Shown: positions 1-10,551 of the stretch, piece by piece
Position numbering within the stretch: the stretch's first letter is position 1
Layout of the letters: every line of letters starts with the position of its first letter
Origin: Eledone cirrhosa
Taxonomy: Eukaryota
Assembly (NCBI GenBank): GCA_964016885.1
Contig: OZ024766.1
Location: forward strand, 16,740,001 to 16,804,000
Direction of reading: 5' to 3'
DNA: 64,000 nt
Program-made: the position numbers and the translations under genes
Notes under the pieces: model-generated
Told to the model about the DNA's origin: nothing
What the model saw: only the letters and a program-made list of their open reading frames with translations
The model's database searches: none

Positions 1-215
1 GTGTCTAGTTAAGCTAGCTTTTATAGATAACAATTTCCCCCAGATATCACAGTAATATGGCTTTTCTCCAGTATATATTTATGTTTGTATGTAGTTAATG
101 TAGCAATACAAGAGAATAATTTCTCCGCAATATCACAGTTGTATGACTTCTCACTCATATGAATGTATTTGTGTCTAATTAATTTACAATTTTGAGACAA
201 TGAGATATGACTTTG
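1..215 (-). pseudogene. Degenerate zinc-finger repeats 3' of ZF copy 1 (partial)
   Basis: Finger-like DNA (cacagatatcacagt, gagaagccata) with frameshifts. Confidence 0.75.
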
Positions 216-1997
216 TTATGGTTTCTTACCTGTATGGGTATATTTGTGTTTAGTTAAACTACTTAATTGAGAGAATGATTTACTACAGATATCACAGTGA
301 TGTGGCTTCTCACCTGTATGGATACGTAAGTGTTGAGTTAAGTAACTTCTTCGAGAGAATGATTTACCACAGATATGACAGTGATATGGCTTCTCTCCTG
401 TATGAGTACGTATGTGAGAATTTATATTACTACTAAAAGAGAATGATTTACCACAGATATCACAGTGATATGGTTTCTCTACTGTATGTATACGTTTGTG
501 TGTAGTTAAGTTACCACTTCTAGAGAATGATTTACCACAGATATCACAGTGATATGGCTTGTCACCTGTATGGGTACGGATGTGATAAGTTAATATACTA
601 CTTAGAGAGAATGATTGACCACAGATATCACAGCGATATGGTTTCTCTCCTGTATGTATACTTTTGTGACTAGTTAAATTACTATTAACAAAGAATGATT
701 TACCACAGATATCACAGTGATAAGGCTTGTCTCCTGTATGAGTACGTATGTGAGAAGTTAAATTACTACTAAAAGAGAATGATTTACCACAGATATCACA
801 GTGATATGGCTTCTCTCCTGTATGTATATGTTTGTGTGTAGTTAAATGACTACTTCGAGAGAATGAATTACCACAGATATCACAGTGATATGGTTTCTCT
901 CCTGTATGTATACGTTTGTGTCTAGTTAAGCTACCACTTTCAGAGAATGATTTACCACAGATATCACAGTGATATGGCTTCTCACCTGTATGTGTACGTT
1001 TGTGTCTAGTTAATTCACTATTAACAAAGAATGATTTACCACAGATATCACAGCGATATGGTTTCTCACCTATATGTATAAGCATGTGGTTAGTTAATAT
1101 ACTACTTTTAGAGAATGATTTACCACAGATATCACAGTTATATGGTTTGTTTCCTGTATGGGTACTTTTGTGGCTAGTTAAGGTATCACTGTGAGAGAAT
1201 GATTTACCACAGACATCACAGTGATATGGCTTATCACCTGTATGGGTACGGATGTGACAAGTTAATATACTACTTCGAGAGAATGATTTACCACAGATAT
1301 CACAGTGATATGGTTTATCACCTATATGTATACGCACGTGGCTAGTTAAATTACTCCTAAAAGAGAATGATTTACTACAGATATCACAGTGATATGGCTT
1401 CTCACCTGTATGTGTACGTTTGTGTCTAGTTAATTCACTATTAACAAAGAATGATTTACCACAGATATCACAGTGATATGGCTTCTCACCTGTATGTATA
1501 CGCATGTGGCTATTTAAATTACCATTAACAAAGAATGATTTACCACAGATATCACAGTGATATGGCTTCTCTCCTGTATGTGTACGTTTGTGGCTAGTTA
1601 AGGTACTACTTTGAGAGAATGATTCACCACAGATATCACAGTGATATGGCTTCTCACCTGTATGTATACGCATGTGGCTAGTTAATTTACTATTAACAAA
1701 GAATGATTTATCACAGACATCACAGTGATATGGCTTCTCTACTGTATGTGTACGTTTGTGGCTTGTTAAATTACCATTAACAAAGAATGATTTACCACAG
1801 ATATCACAGTGATATGGCTTCTCTACTGTATGTATACGTTTGTGACTAGTTAATTTACTACTTTCAGAGAATGATTTACCACAAACATCACAGTGATATG
1901 GCTTCTCTCCTCTATCCTTTGACATCTCTTCTGTAATAGCCATATCTTTAGACATTGTTTCACATTTAATCTTCTTTTCACTCAATTTATTTTCCAT
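216..1997 (-). CDS. Poly-C2H2 zinc-finger protein, copy 1 (593 aa, 20 fingers)
   Basis: 33-aa leader plus 20 x 28-aa CxxC-x12-HxxxH repeats with TGEKP-type linkers; uninterrupted ORF. Confidence 0.95.
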   Translation of the reverse strand: MENKLSEKKIKCETMSKDMAITEEMSKDRGEKPYHCDVCGKSFSESSKLTSHKRIHTVEKPYHCDICGKSFFVNGNLTSHKRTHTVEKPYHCDVCDKSFFVNSKLTSHMRIHTGEKPYHCDICGESFSQSSTLTSHKRTHTGEKPYHCDICGKSFFVNGNLNSHMRIHTGEKPYHCDICGKSFFVNSELTRHKRTHTGEKPYHCDICSKSFSFRSNLTSHVRIHIGDKPYHCDICGKSFSRSSILTCHIRTHTGDKPYHCDVCGKSFSHSDTLTSHKSTHTGNKPYNCDICGKSFSKSSILTNHMLIHIGEKPYRCDICGKSFFVNSELTRHKRTHTGEKPYHCDICGKSFSESGSLTRHKRIHTGEKPYHCDICGNSFSRSSHLTTHKHIHTGEKPYHCDICGKSFSFSSNLTSHIRTHTGDKPYHCDICGKSFFVNSNLTSHKSIHTGEKPYRCDICGQSFSLSSILTYHIRTHTGDKPYHCDICGKSFSRSGNLTTHKRIHTVEKPYHCDICGKSFSFSSNINSHIRTHTGEKPYHCHICGKSFSRRSYLTQHLRIHTGEKPHHCDICSKSFSQLSSLTKHKYTHTGKKP

Positions 1998-2371
1998 AAT
2001 AATTCTTCTACCCTTGGCAGAATTTACAGATGTTATTCTTTAATATTTTTTTTCTTAAAAAATATTATTTCTGTCATATTTCCCTCAATTATGATCTCAG
2101 TTAATACCTGAAGATGATGCAAACTTCTTTGTCATTGAAGCTGAGTTAAAATACAAAATATATCTCTCATATATATATACCACACAGTGAAGAAAAGGAA
2201 TTTTGTCTTTAAACTCAGTTCTGAGGAAATATATCACAGTAATTCTGATAGATTTATATAAACAGTGTTATATAAGTTCTGTTTAAAAAGTTTTAATCTT
2301 CAAATGATGATAAATAGAGGTGATGTATCCAAGATTGAAGATAATAATTTATCCTAATGTCATCTGATATT

Positions 2372-2395
2372 CTGAAATGAAAAAGAAACAGTATG
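2372..2395 (-). promoter_or_regulatory. Putative splice acceptor of the large coding exon (conserved in all units)
   Basis: Minus strand ctgtttctttttcatttcag|AATATC, ~374 nt upstream of the ATG. Confidence 0.55.
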
Positions 2396-2538
2396 AAATA
2401 ATAGAGAATACTTAAGAAGCAGAGATAGATTTAACAGTGGAAATTTTACATCTATAAACCCTGGAAACTTTTTATTGAAAAATCAAATTATTTTAGTTTT
2501 TAATTAGTTACAAGAAATCTTTCTCCACACCTGCAACC

Positions 2539-3070
2539 ATGAGTGTATCTGGGGTTCTTTTCTCTTCAGAGAGATGGATCCTCATGAGGTGGAGAGAATA
2601 CTTTGCTGATCTCCCAAACCCGATCACAACAGCATCTTCGGATGTACATGAGGTGAATCTGATAGCGGTGACTAATCTCTCGGAGGCTGAGGTCACAAGA
2701 GCAATTAAAGAGCTCAAATGTGACCGACTCATGTGTGTCAGATGGCCTGGGTCTCTGAAATGGCACTCAAGCAAAGGCAATCGGGAGTGATAATCCCAAT
2801 TTATAAAAAGGGACACACGAGAGATTGTTCCAAATAGAGAGGGATCACCTTGTTAAGACTCCCTGGTAAAGTATATGCTAAGTTTCTGGCAAAGTGATGT
2901 AGCGAGTCCAAGCTAGCTGATGGACAGTGCTGTTTTCTCCCTGGGTGCAACATAACCCACCAAATATTCACACAGTGGCAGGTCTTTGAGAAATCGTGGG
3001 AGTATTGCTAAGAGGTATATATTATCGTTTTATAGACCTTGAAAATGCACATGATCGCATTCTTCAGGAC
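2539..3070 (+). mobile_element. Degenerate RTE-like RT fragment (also at ~14472, 24303, 36164, 45700, 59319)
   Basis: Frameshifted RWREYFADL.NP, VIIPIYKKG..DCS..RGITLL.LPGKVYAK, FIDLENAHDRI. Confidence 0.8.
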
Positions 3071-3074
3071 CTGC

Positions 3075-3445
3075 TGTGCACACAGGAGTTCCCATGGGCA
3101 GCCAGTCTTAAACATCTCTGTTATAGGCTGCAGGACGATAATAACTACGTGAGGGCTAAGAACAGAGCCCTGGTGGACACCAGACTACACTCCAAATTAT
3201 TCACTATAATTGTTTCTATTTTAAACACAAGGCCAGCAATTACCCAGTACATTACTGGTACTTTATTTTATCAACCCCGTATGGATGTAAGTCAAAGTTA
3301 ACCTCGGCGGGATTTGAACTCAGATCATAAAGGGACGTAACTCTGTGCCTCAAAGAATGGTGTCCGACTCTCTACCGATACTGCCACTTCACTATAATGA
3401 ATGTTAATCCTGACATTGCTGACTGCTCTTCTATACATGGCGTTA
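3075..3445 (-). mobile_element. Degenerate RTE RT fragment in the opposite orientation, split by a SINE (present in all units)
   Basis: aggagttcccatgggcagccagtctt...agagccctggtggacacc...tatacatggc aligns by eye with 51673-51845 of the intact RTE (GCPWELL, GVHQGSVLSP). Confidence 0.82.
3211..3387 (-). mobile_element. tRNA-derived SINE (CORE-like) with 11-bp TSD ttcactataat
   Basis: Minus strand: A-box TGGCAGTATCGG, B-box GAGTTCAAATCCC; TSD at 3200-3210 and 3388-3398. Confidence 0.85.
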
Positions 3446-4200
3446 TGATCCTGTATACAAGACATGTATCAGACGGTTATTCAGCTAGCTCTTTAGAGTA
3501 TTAGAACCTTATTATGTACAGCCACCGAGATCCCACACCAACAGATGTCCCTTCACCATCAAAGCAGTCCCTGAAATACAGATACTCAACCCCTACTTGG
3601 CTGGCTAATCAGACATAATTATAATGAAATGAAACCCACAATAAAGTAATGTTCAACCATAAGTAGATGAAGTTAATTAAATTGTAAGAGATTTAGACTA
3701 AAATAGACAGAATATTAATTTACTTAAAGCAATAACAAGGTACAGCTAAATATAAACTATATTTTATAATGTAAAGTAGTGAACAAGATAAATAAATAGA
3801 CGGAAGTAATTTAAATAATAAAAATATATTTAACTTACTTCAAGCAACAACAAGGTACAGATAAATATAAACTATATTTTATAATGTAAGGTAGTGAACC
3901 ACATAATTAAATAGACGGAGGTAATTTAAATAATAAAAATATCTTTAATTTACTTAAAGCAACAACAAGGTACAGCTAAATATAAACTATATTTTATAAT
4001 GTAAGGTAGTGAACAAGATAATTAAATAGACGGAGGTAATTTAAATAATAAATATATCTTTACAGCTAAATATAAACTATATTTTATAATGTAAAGTAGT
4101 GAACAAGATAAATAAATAGACGGAAGTAATTTAAATAATAAAAATATATTTAACTAACTTAAAGCAATGACAAGGTACAGCTAAATATAAACTATATTTT

Positions 4201-5871
4201 ATTTTATAATAATGAAATTATTGTGTACAGTGCTCAGGTGCACTACAACTCATCAAAGGTGCATGTATAGTACATAGAATAATGTACAAATGTCAGGAAA
4301 ATGAACAGTGTATGAGTCATGATATAATAACAATAACAATAATGAAATATTGTGTACAGTGCCCAGGTGCACCACAACTCATCAAAAAAGTGCATGTACA
4401 GTACATAGGGCAATGCACAAACATCAGTAAAATGAACAGTGCACGAGTCATGATACACACATGTGTGCATGTGTATGGAAGGGGTACATCAGGTGTAGTT
4501 TTGGCGTATTTCGGGAAGCATGAGTGTCTTAAAGGATGCAGTGTCTCGGCAGCTAACAATTGACGCAGGCAGTTTATTCCATGCTTCAGCAACTCTGAGC
4601 GTGAAAAAATGTCTGCGAAAGTCATGGGAGCTGTGCTGTTTTCTTATCTTGTAGGCATGTCCACGTGTGTTAGACGCATGGAGATCAAAGAGGCGCTCAG
4701 GGTTGCAGTTGGCGAGATGGTTAAAAACTTTGTGGGTATTCACCAAGTCCATTGCCAGACGTCGGAGCTTCAATGAATCCATGCCCAGGGAAGCAAGGCG
4801 TTCAGAGTATGGTAGGTGTCTGATGGAGGGTATGCGCTTGGTTGCACGTCTCTGAACAGTTTCCAGGAGGTCAATGTTCCGAGCAAGATAGGGGTTCCAG
4901 ACTGATGATGCGAATTCCAAGTGTGGTCGCACCATAGCTGTATACAGTTTTAAATAGATGGCTGGAGAGCGGCTAACAAAGGTCTTGTTGAGTGATGCCA
5001 AGACACCCTCGGCCTTCTTGACAATCTTAGAGACATGCTTTGTCCAACGCAAATAGTTGCTGACAGTAATGCCCAGGTCACGTTCACAAGAGGACTTTTT
5101 GATGTCAGTGTTGTGGGGGGAGTATGTGGACGCTGGATTTTTCCTTCCAAAATGCATGGTGGTACACTTGTCCACAGCCAGCTTCAGTTGCCAGTCTGTG
5201 TTCCATTGCTGCATTGTGTCCAGGTCTGACTGTAGGAAAGAGTTGTAAATTTCAGGATCAGTCCTTTTGATTTCAAGGTACAGCTTGATGTCATCTGCAT
5301 ATTTTAGTACCGTGGCATTCTGTAAGTTGGCATCTATGTCATTAATATATGCCACAAACAAAAGAGGACCAAGAACAGATCCCTGTGGTACACCAGATGA
5401 CATCTCATATGGTGAAGAATGCTGTCCTAGAACCGTGACTACTTCCTTTCGGCTGAGAATGAAGGATTTCAGCCAGTCGAAAAGATCATCCCTCACACCC
5501 ATTGCAGAGAGTTTTGCCATAAGTCTTTTGTGTGGCACAGAATTAAAAGCCTTAGCAAAGTCAAGGTAAACAACATCCACCCATGAGCCGCTGTCAGTGA
5601 TCCGGGTGATGTCCTCAAGGAACTCGATAAGCAGATCACAGCAGCTGGAGTTAGGGATAAATCCAAACTGTGAGGGCCGGATGAGGCTGTGAGAGCTCCA
5701 GAAGTTCCAAAGTGTTTCTCTGACACAGGATTCCATCAGTTTGGCCATACAGCTAGTAAGACTGACTGGACGATAGTTGACAGGTGACATGCGGTTCCCC
5801 TTTTTGAACAGGGGAGTGACACTGGCAGTTTTCCACTGCTCTGGAGTAGCACCATTGCTGAGACAGTATTG
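4201..5871 (-). mobile_element. 5'-truncated CR1-clade LINE inserted into the 115-bp minisatellite of unit 1 only
   Basis: Splits a repeat monomer (actatatttta|taatgtaagg); RT motifs NYRPVSLTS, YLDFAKAFNSVPH, GVPQGSVLGPLLF, YADD; CR1-type C-terminus (VRPHLEFASSVWNP, TRGH, FFTLRVAEAWNKLP); absent from the other units. Confidence 0.92.
4489..5790 (-). CDS. CR1 ORF2 reverse transcriptase, C-terminal part (frame open to the truncation at ~5871)
   Basis: 433-aa ORF; upstream in-frame QYCLSNGATPEQWKTASVTPLFKKGNR with no stop; no endonuclease domain, so non-autonomous. Confidence 0.88.
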   Translation of the reverse strand: MSPVNYRPVSLTSCMAKLMESCVRETLWNFWSSHSLIRPSQFGFIPNSSCCDLLIEFLEDITRITDSGSWVDVVYLDFAKAFNSVPHKRLMAKLSAMGVRDDLFDWLKSFILSRKEVVTVLGQHSSPYEMSSGVPQGSVLGPLLFVAYINDIDANLQNATVLKYADDIKLYLEIKRTDPEIYNSFLQSDLDTMQQWNTDWQLKLAVDKCTTMHFGRKNPASTYSPHNTDIKKSSCERDLGITVSNYLRWTKHVSKIVKKAEGVLASLNKTFVSRSPAIYLKLYTAMVRPHLEFASSVWNPYLARNIDLLETVQRRATKRIPSIRHLPYSERLASLGMDSLKLRRLAMDLVNTHKVFNHLANCNPERLFDLHASNTRGHAYKIRKQHSSHDFRRHFFTLRVAEAWNKLPASIVSCRDTASFKTLMLPEIRQNYT

Positions 5872-6068
5872 TAATGTAAGGTAGTGAACAAGATAATTAA
5901 ATAGACGGAGGTAATTTAAATAATAAAGACAGTCATGATAACAATATATTTTATATCACATGTAACAGTGGAATCTGGTTAATTACTAGATCGTTGTAGG
6001 GGTGGGTCACATTATTATATTATTTACACACATTAATATAGACATTAAGTAAATCTTTGTCAACTTAC

Positions 6069-6267
6069 CTCCTTCACATATAATCAATGTATTGTGTTGT
6101 TAGTTGTTACTAAACAACCAAAGAAATAATCTCTTTGTTATCAAATTAGAAGTTTCAATGTTATCAGCTTTATTTCACGACATTAACATTGGTGTATCTT
6201 CTTCATCTTTAGTCATGAAATGATATCTTGTCAGAATGAAGTAGTGAGGCTGACTTTATGTCTTTAG
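6069..6267 (-). other. Putative 199-nt non-coding 5' exon of the ZF gene (homologues 16226-16424, 26977-27175, 37775-37973, 47351-47549, 61976-62174)
   Basis: Minus strand: acceptor tttcctatcaaatctgtag|, donor GGAG|GTAAGT; length 199 in all six units. Confidence 0.5.
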
Positions 6268-6679
6268 CTACAGATTTGATAGGAAATATATATATATTAG
6301 GTTGATATGTGGTCTAAAATATATATATTGTCTATAAATGACTGATAGCAGATGTTCTGGTGAAATAGTAGTTTTACTACTACAGATTGTAATGGAACTC
6401 TTAGTAGACACAATTGTAAAGTAAGAATATATATGACAGTGTAAGACTGATGTCGGGGAATTAAAATTGTGTGTGTGTATATATATATAATTGTTACACA
6501 AGATATAATTAGATTAATTAAAGTTATAACGAAGATAGCAAGTACTCGGTGACTTAGCGAATGTTTCAACTCTCGTACCGGTGTCAAACGTGAAAATTCC
6601 CTGCCATAATTTAGTACCTTCAGACACGTTTCCAGTCGTATTTAATTCTATAGTGATGTGATTTATTAAAAAGAAATGT

Positions 6680-6963
6680 GATAATTGTTTCTACTTTTTG
6701 CACAGGGCCAGCAATTACCCTAGTGTATTACTGGTACTTTATTTTATTGACCCCGTAATAATTGTCTCTACTTTAGGCACAAGGCCAGTAAATACAGACA
6801 GTGAATTACTGGTACTTTATTTTATCGATCCCGTAATAATTGTTTCTACATTAGGCACAAGGCCGACAATACCCCAGTACATTACTGGTACTTTATTTTA
6901 TCGACCCCGTAAGGATGAAAGGCAAAGCCAATCTCTGACGGATTAACTTTGCTTTTCATCCTT
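6680..6963 (-). repeat. Tandemly amplified SINE 3' halves (~70-bp units; 1-5 copies per cassette at ~16836, 27592, 38385, 47962, 62590)
   Basis: aattgtttctactttaggcacaaggccagcaattacc..gtattactggtactttattttatcgaccccgt matches the SINE at 3211. Confidence 0.8.
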
Positions 6964-6964
6964 A

Positions 6965-8975
6965 TCTCTATACATATAGAAAATGGACAGAGTGTGTACT
7001 TCACTGAAACCACTGCTCATCAGTTGACACCAACACCACCTGACACTACTCTAACTGCTTTTTTTGATCCACTGCCAGAATAAAGAATTTGTTCGATCCC
7101 TCCTATATGCTGACATCCCAAAATACTACACCTGAACCAATTGTAAGACTTGGAATCAAAGGAAGCAGGGTCATTTAGTGGAAGGTGATGAAGTCAAGGC
7201 AAGTGATGCTATTGGGCATGTTTACAATGACCACCCCAACAACAGAGAGAGTTTTTATTTACAGCCACTTCTGCATATTGTTCAAGGACCAACGTCAATT
7301 AAGGATCTCAGGTGATTTGGTAGAAGAGTGCAGCACATACCGAGAAGCATCTAAAGAACATCAACTCATGCATGGCAATTGACATTAGAAGAAGCAGTCA
7401 CAGGAGTAGCCAGTTAAATAAGACAGCCATGGACTCCTGTATGACAACTGACGTTGGAAGAAGAGAGTAAAAGGAGCAGTCACTGGAGTAGCCAGTTAAA
7501 TAAGACAGCCATGGACTCCTGTATGACAACTGACATTGGAAGAAGGGACTAGAAGGAGCAGTCACTGCAGTAGTCAGTTAAATAAGACAGCCATGGACAC
7601 CTGTATGACAACTGATATTGGAAGAAGAGACTAGAAGGAGCAGTCACTGGAGTGGCCAGTTAAATAAGACAGCCATGGACTCCTGTATGACAACTGACAT
7701 TGGAAGAAGAGACTAGAAGGAGCAGTCACAGGAGTAGCCAGTTAAATAAGACAGCCATGGACACCTGTATGACAACCGACATTGGAAGAAGAGACTAGCA
7801 GGAGCAGTCACTGGAGTAGCCAGTTAAATAAGTCAGCAATGGACACCTGTATGACAATTGACATTGGAAGAAGAGACTAGAAGGAGCAGTCACTGGAGTA
7901 GCCAGTTAAATAAGACAGCCATGGACTCCTGTATGACAACTGACATTGGAAGAGAGTAGAAGGAGCAGTCACTGCAGTAGCCAGTTAAATAAGACAGCCA
8001 TGGACACCTGTATGACAACTGACATTGGAAGAAGTGACTAGAAGGAGCAGTCAGTGGAGTAGCCAGTTAAATAAGACAGCCATGGACTCCTGTATGACAA
8101 CTGACATTGGAAGAAGGGACTAGAAGGAGCAGTCACTGGAGTAGCCAGTTAAATAAGACAGCCATGGACACCTGTATGACAACTGACATTGGAAGAAGCA
8201 GTCACTGTAGTGGCCAGCTAAATAAGACAGCCATGGACACCTGTATGACAACTGACATTGGAAGAAGAGACTAGAAGGAGCAGTCACTGCAGTAGCCAGT
8301 TAAATAAGACAGCCATGGACTACTGTATGACAACTGACGTTGGAAGAAGGGACTAGAAGGGGAAATCACTGGAGTAACCAGTTAAATAAGACAGCCATGG
8401 ACACCTGTATGACAACTGACATTGGAAGAAGGGACTAGAAGGAGCAGTCACTGGAGTAGCCAGTTAAATAAGACAGCCATGGACACCTGTATGACAACTG
8501 ACATTGGAAGAAGAGACTAGAAGGAGCAGTCACTGGAGTGGCCAGTTAAATAAGACAGCCATGGACTCCTGTATGACAACTGACATTGGAAGAAGAGACT
8601 AGAAGGAGCAGTCACAGGAGTAGCCAGTTAAATAAGACAGCCATGGACACCTGTATGACAACTGACGTTGGAAGAAGAGACTAGAAGGGGCAGTCACTGG
8701 AGTAGCCAGTTAAATAAGACAGCCATGGACACCTGTATGACAACTGATATTGGGAGAAGGTACTAGAAGGAGCAGTCACTGGAGTAGCCAGTTAAATAAG
8801 ACAGTTGTTTGCTACTATACTCACAGCATGTGGAATAAATCTCATCTACCCTGGCAGGAGCACAAATACAATATGTCAGACGACTATCTACACCTAGCCC
8901 AAAGACGTTATAGCAATATTTATGTGGAATCTACCTCCAAGATTTACAATCAACCTCTTTGCAACCTGTCCCATT
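6965..8975 (+). mobile_element. Helitron Rep/helicase relic, unit 1 (contains the 82-bp array)
   Basis: HIENGQSVYF..TTLTAF..LLYADIPKYYTW..IGHVY..HP..FYL..LL.VQGPTSF.DLR..TYREA, then after the array RQLFATILTAC..W..MSDDYL: the region between Rep and Pif1-like helicase domains. Confidence 0.82.
7381..8803. repeat. 82-bp minisatellite, unit 1 (~17-18 copies)
   Basis: Monomer gacattggaagaagagactagaaggagcagtcactggagtagccagttaaataagacagccatggactcctgtatgacaact. Confidence 0.95.
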
Positions 8976-9175
8976 GAATTCCAGCAATGAATAGCAATGC
9001 AGGATGCCAGAGCCAGAAGAAATTGAGGTAATACAATCAGTTTTTCAGGAGACAAACCATGATATTGAAGTGTTGCGTAAGTTTGTGGATGAAAATAAAC
9101 CTTGACTGGTGGATGACCAGAAATATGCCTACCACAACAACATGAAAAACATTCAACATGACAGCACCCAGCACT

Positions 9176-9302
9176 CACTGTAAATGAGGTTGGCGTTAGG
9201 AAGGGCATCCAGCTTTAGAAATCAAGCCACAATCAGTTCCCGTACCACCCTTGCAAGCAGGGAAAAAGTGGACGTGAAATGAAATGATGATGAATGATGA
9301 TG
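9176..9302 (+). mobile_element. RTE-type 3' tail (SINE or truncated LINE) ending in (gat)n; also at ~19528, 30783, 41301, 49242
   Basis: cactgtaaatgaggttggcgttaggaagggcatccagct matches the reverse complement of the intact RTE 3'UTR (50450-50490). Confidence 0.7.
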
Positions 9303-9582
9303 TCCCTCCCATTTTTTCAATAGGGTCACTTTAACGAATCAAAAGATAAATAACAGAAAAACAGGCCCTAAAATATATTTTCCGTGCTATTTCTAACTTC
9401 ACCTTTTCTCTATATATAGAGAGGGAGCGAGAGGACAATTTGTCATGTCTTCATTACATTTATTGAGCAGTGAAGCACGTTTTGCTATCGATCAGCTCAA
9501 GGTTTGATCTGTATTGATCTAGCCTGACTCTGGAATCAAAAGCTTGTCAGACTTCTGTTGTGGTAATGTTACAATCCCTAGA

Positions 9583-9640
9583 TATCATCATCATTGATTA
9601 TTGTCTATCTTCCATGCTAGCATGGGTTGGACGGGTTTGT
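9583..9640 (-). mobile_element. Second RTE-type 3' tail in the opposite orientation (units 1-5)
   Basis: tcatcatcatt..ttccatgctagcatgggttggacggg resembles 50211-50275. Confidence 0.6.
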
Positions 9641-10551
9641 CGTATTTAGAAGCAAGTTAGGTCGGGTGACTGTGTCTCGCTCATATATATATATATAGCA
9701 GGTGCTGCAAAAAAAATCCGGAAACTAACCATGCATCCCAGACATGGCTTCAAATGACCAAGGCGGGCAGGTGCAGCAAACAAACGTTGCATACCTGACC
9801 CTGTGCGTATCGACAATGGTAGGGTTGTAACCATATCTTTTAACAGATAAACAAATTTTCCGGGAAAGACTGCCCTAACACCAGCTAGAGTTACCTCCCT
9901 TGACCTACTGCAACATCAAAACACGCTTTTTTGCGAAGAATGAACTCTGACGTGAACTTATCTCTAAAAACACATTCTGGGCCATGTAAGGAACACTTTT
10001 TAGTTATTTATACCCTTGAGAAGCCCATCCAGGTGAAACGTACATCTTTTAACGGTCTGTTCTGCTATATTTTACTTTTCCACGTATATATATAGTTATA
10101 TATATATATCAACTAGAAATTGATTGACATATAAATAAACATATGAAACAATCACAGGGGATAATTTGTAAAAGTGTGTAAGCACACATAGCTAGGTAGG
10201 TAACTAAATAAAGTTGAACTAGAACTTCAAAAATAGATACCTTAGAAAATGATTAATCTTCCTTGTATATATTCCATTAAAGAAATAAAGAAATATATTT
10301 CACCAATTAATCGATTGGTAAACGACAGTAGCCAGATCTTGGATTCTCAACAAGGAAGAAGTTCAACCATCTGTGTTTACGCATCAAGTTCAAATCAGCG
10401 ACTGACCAGTAACACGTGCTGTATCTACTAAAAATACACACATCATACCAGCTTCATCCCAGTTGCATGAATAGGGTTATTGACAACTAGAAACAGCAGT
10501 CAGGTTCTTTCAACAGAGTTAGCTCTACAATTAAGAGGCCGTATTTATATA

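Larger units (their letters stand above)
3715..5928. repeat. 115-bp AT-rich minisatellite, unit 1 (~5 copies, interrupted by CR1 at 4201-5871)
   Basis: Monomer tacttaaagcaataacaaggtacagctaaatataaac...gacggaggtaatt..., period 115 (3721/3836). Confidence 0.9.

Noticed and set aside
216-1997. Assigning a vertebrate ZNF or PRDM9 gene symbol
   Set aside because: No KRAB, SET or SCAN domain; similarity is generic C2H2 and orthology cannot be supported
3300-3387. tRNA gene
   Set aside because: A and B boxes belong to a SINE head with tail and TSD; no convincing cloverleaf
7381-8803. 82-bp arrays as CRISPR arrays
   Set aside because: Whole monomers repeat with only point variants; no unique spacers, no cas genes, eukaryotic context
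10010-10045. Hammerhead or Penelope-like motif (cttgagaagccc...ggtgaaac)
   Set aside because: Core deviates from CUGANGA and flanking stems could not be established by eye; would need a covariance-model search
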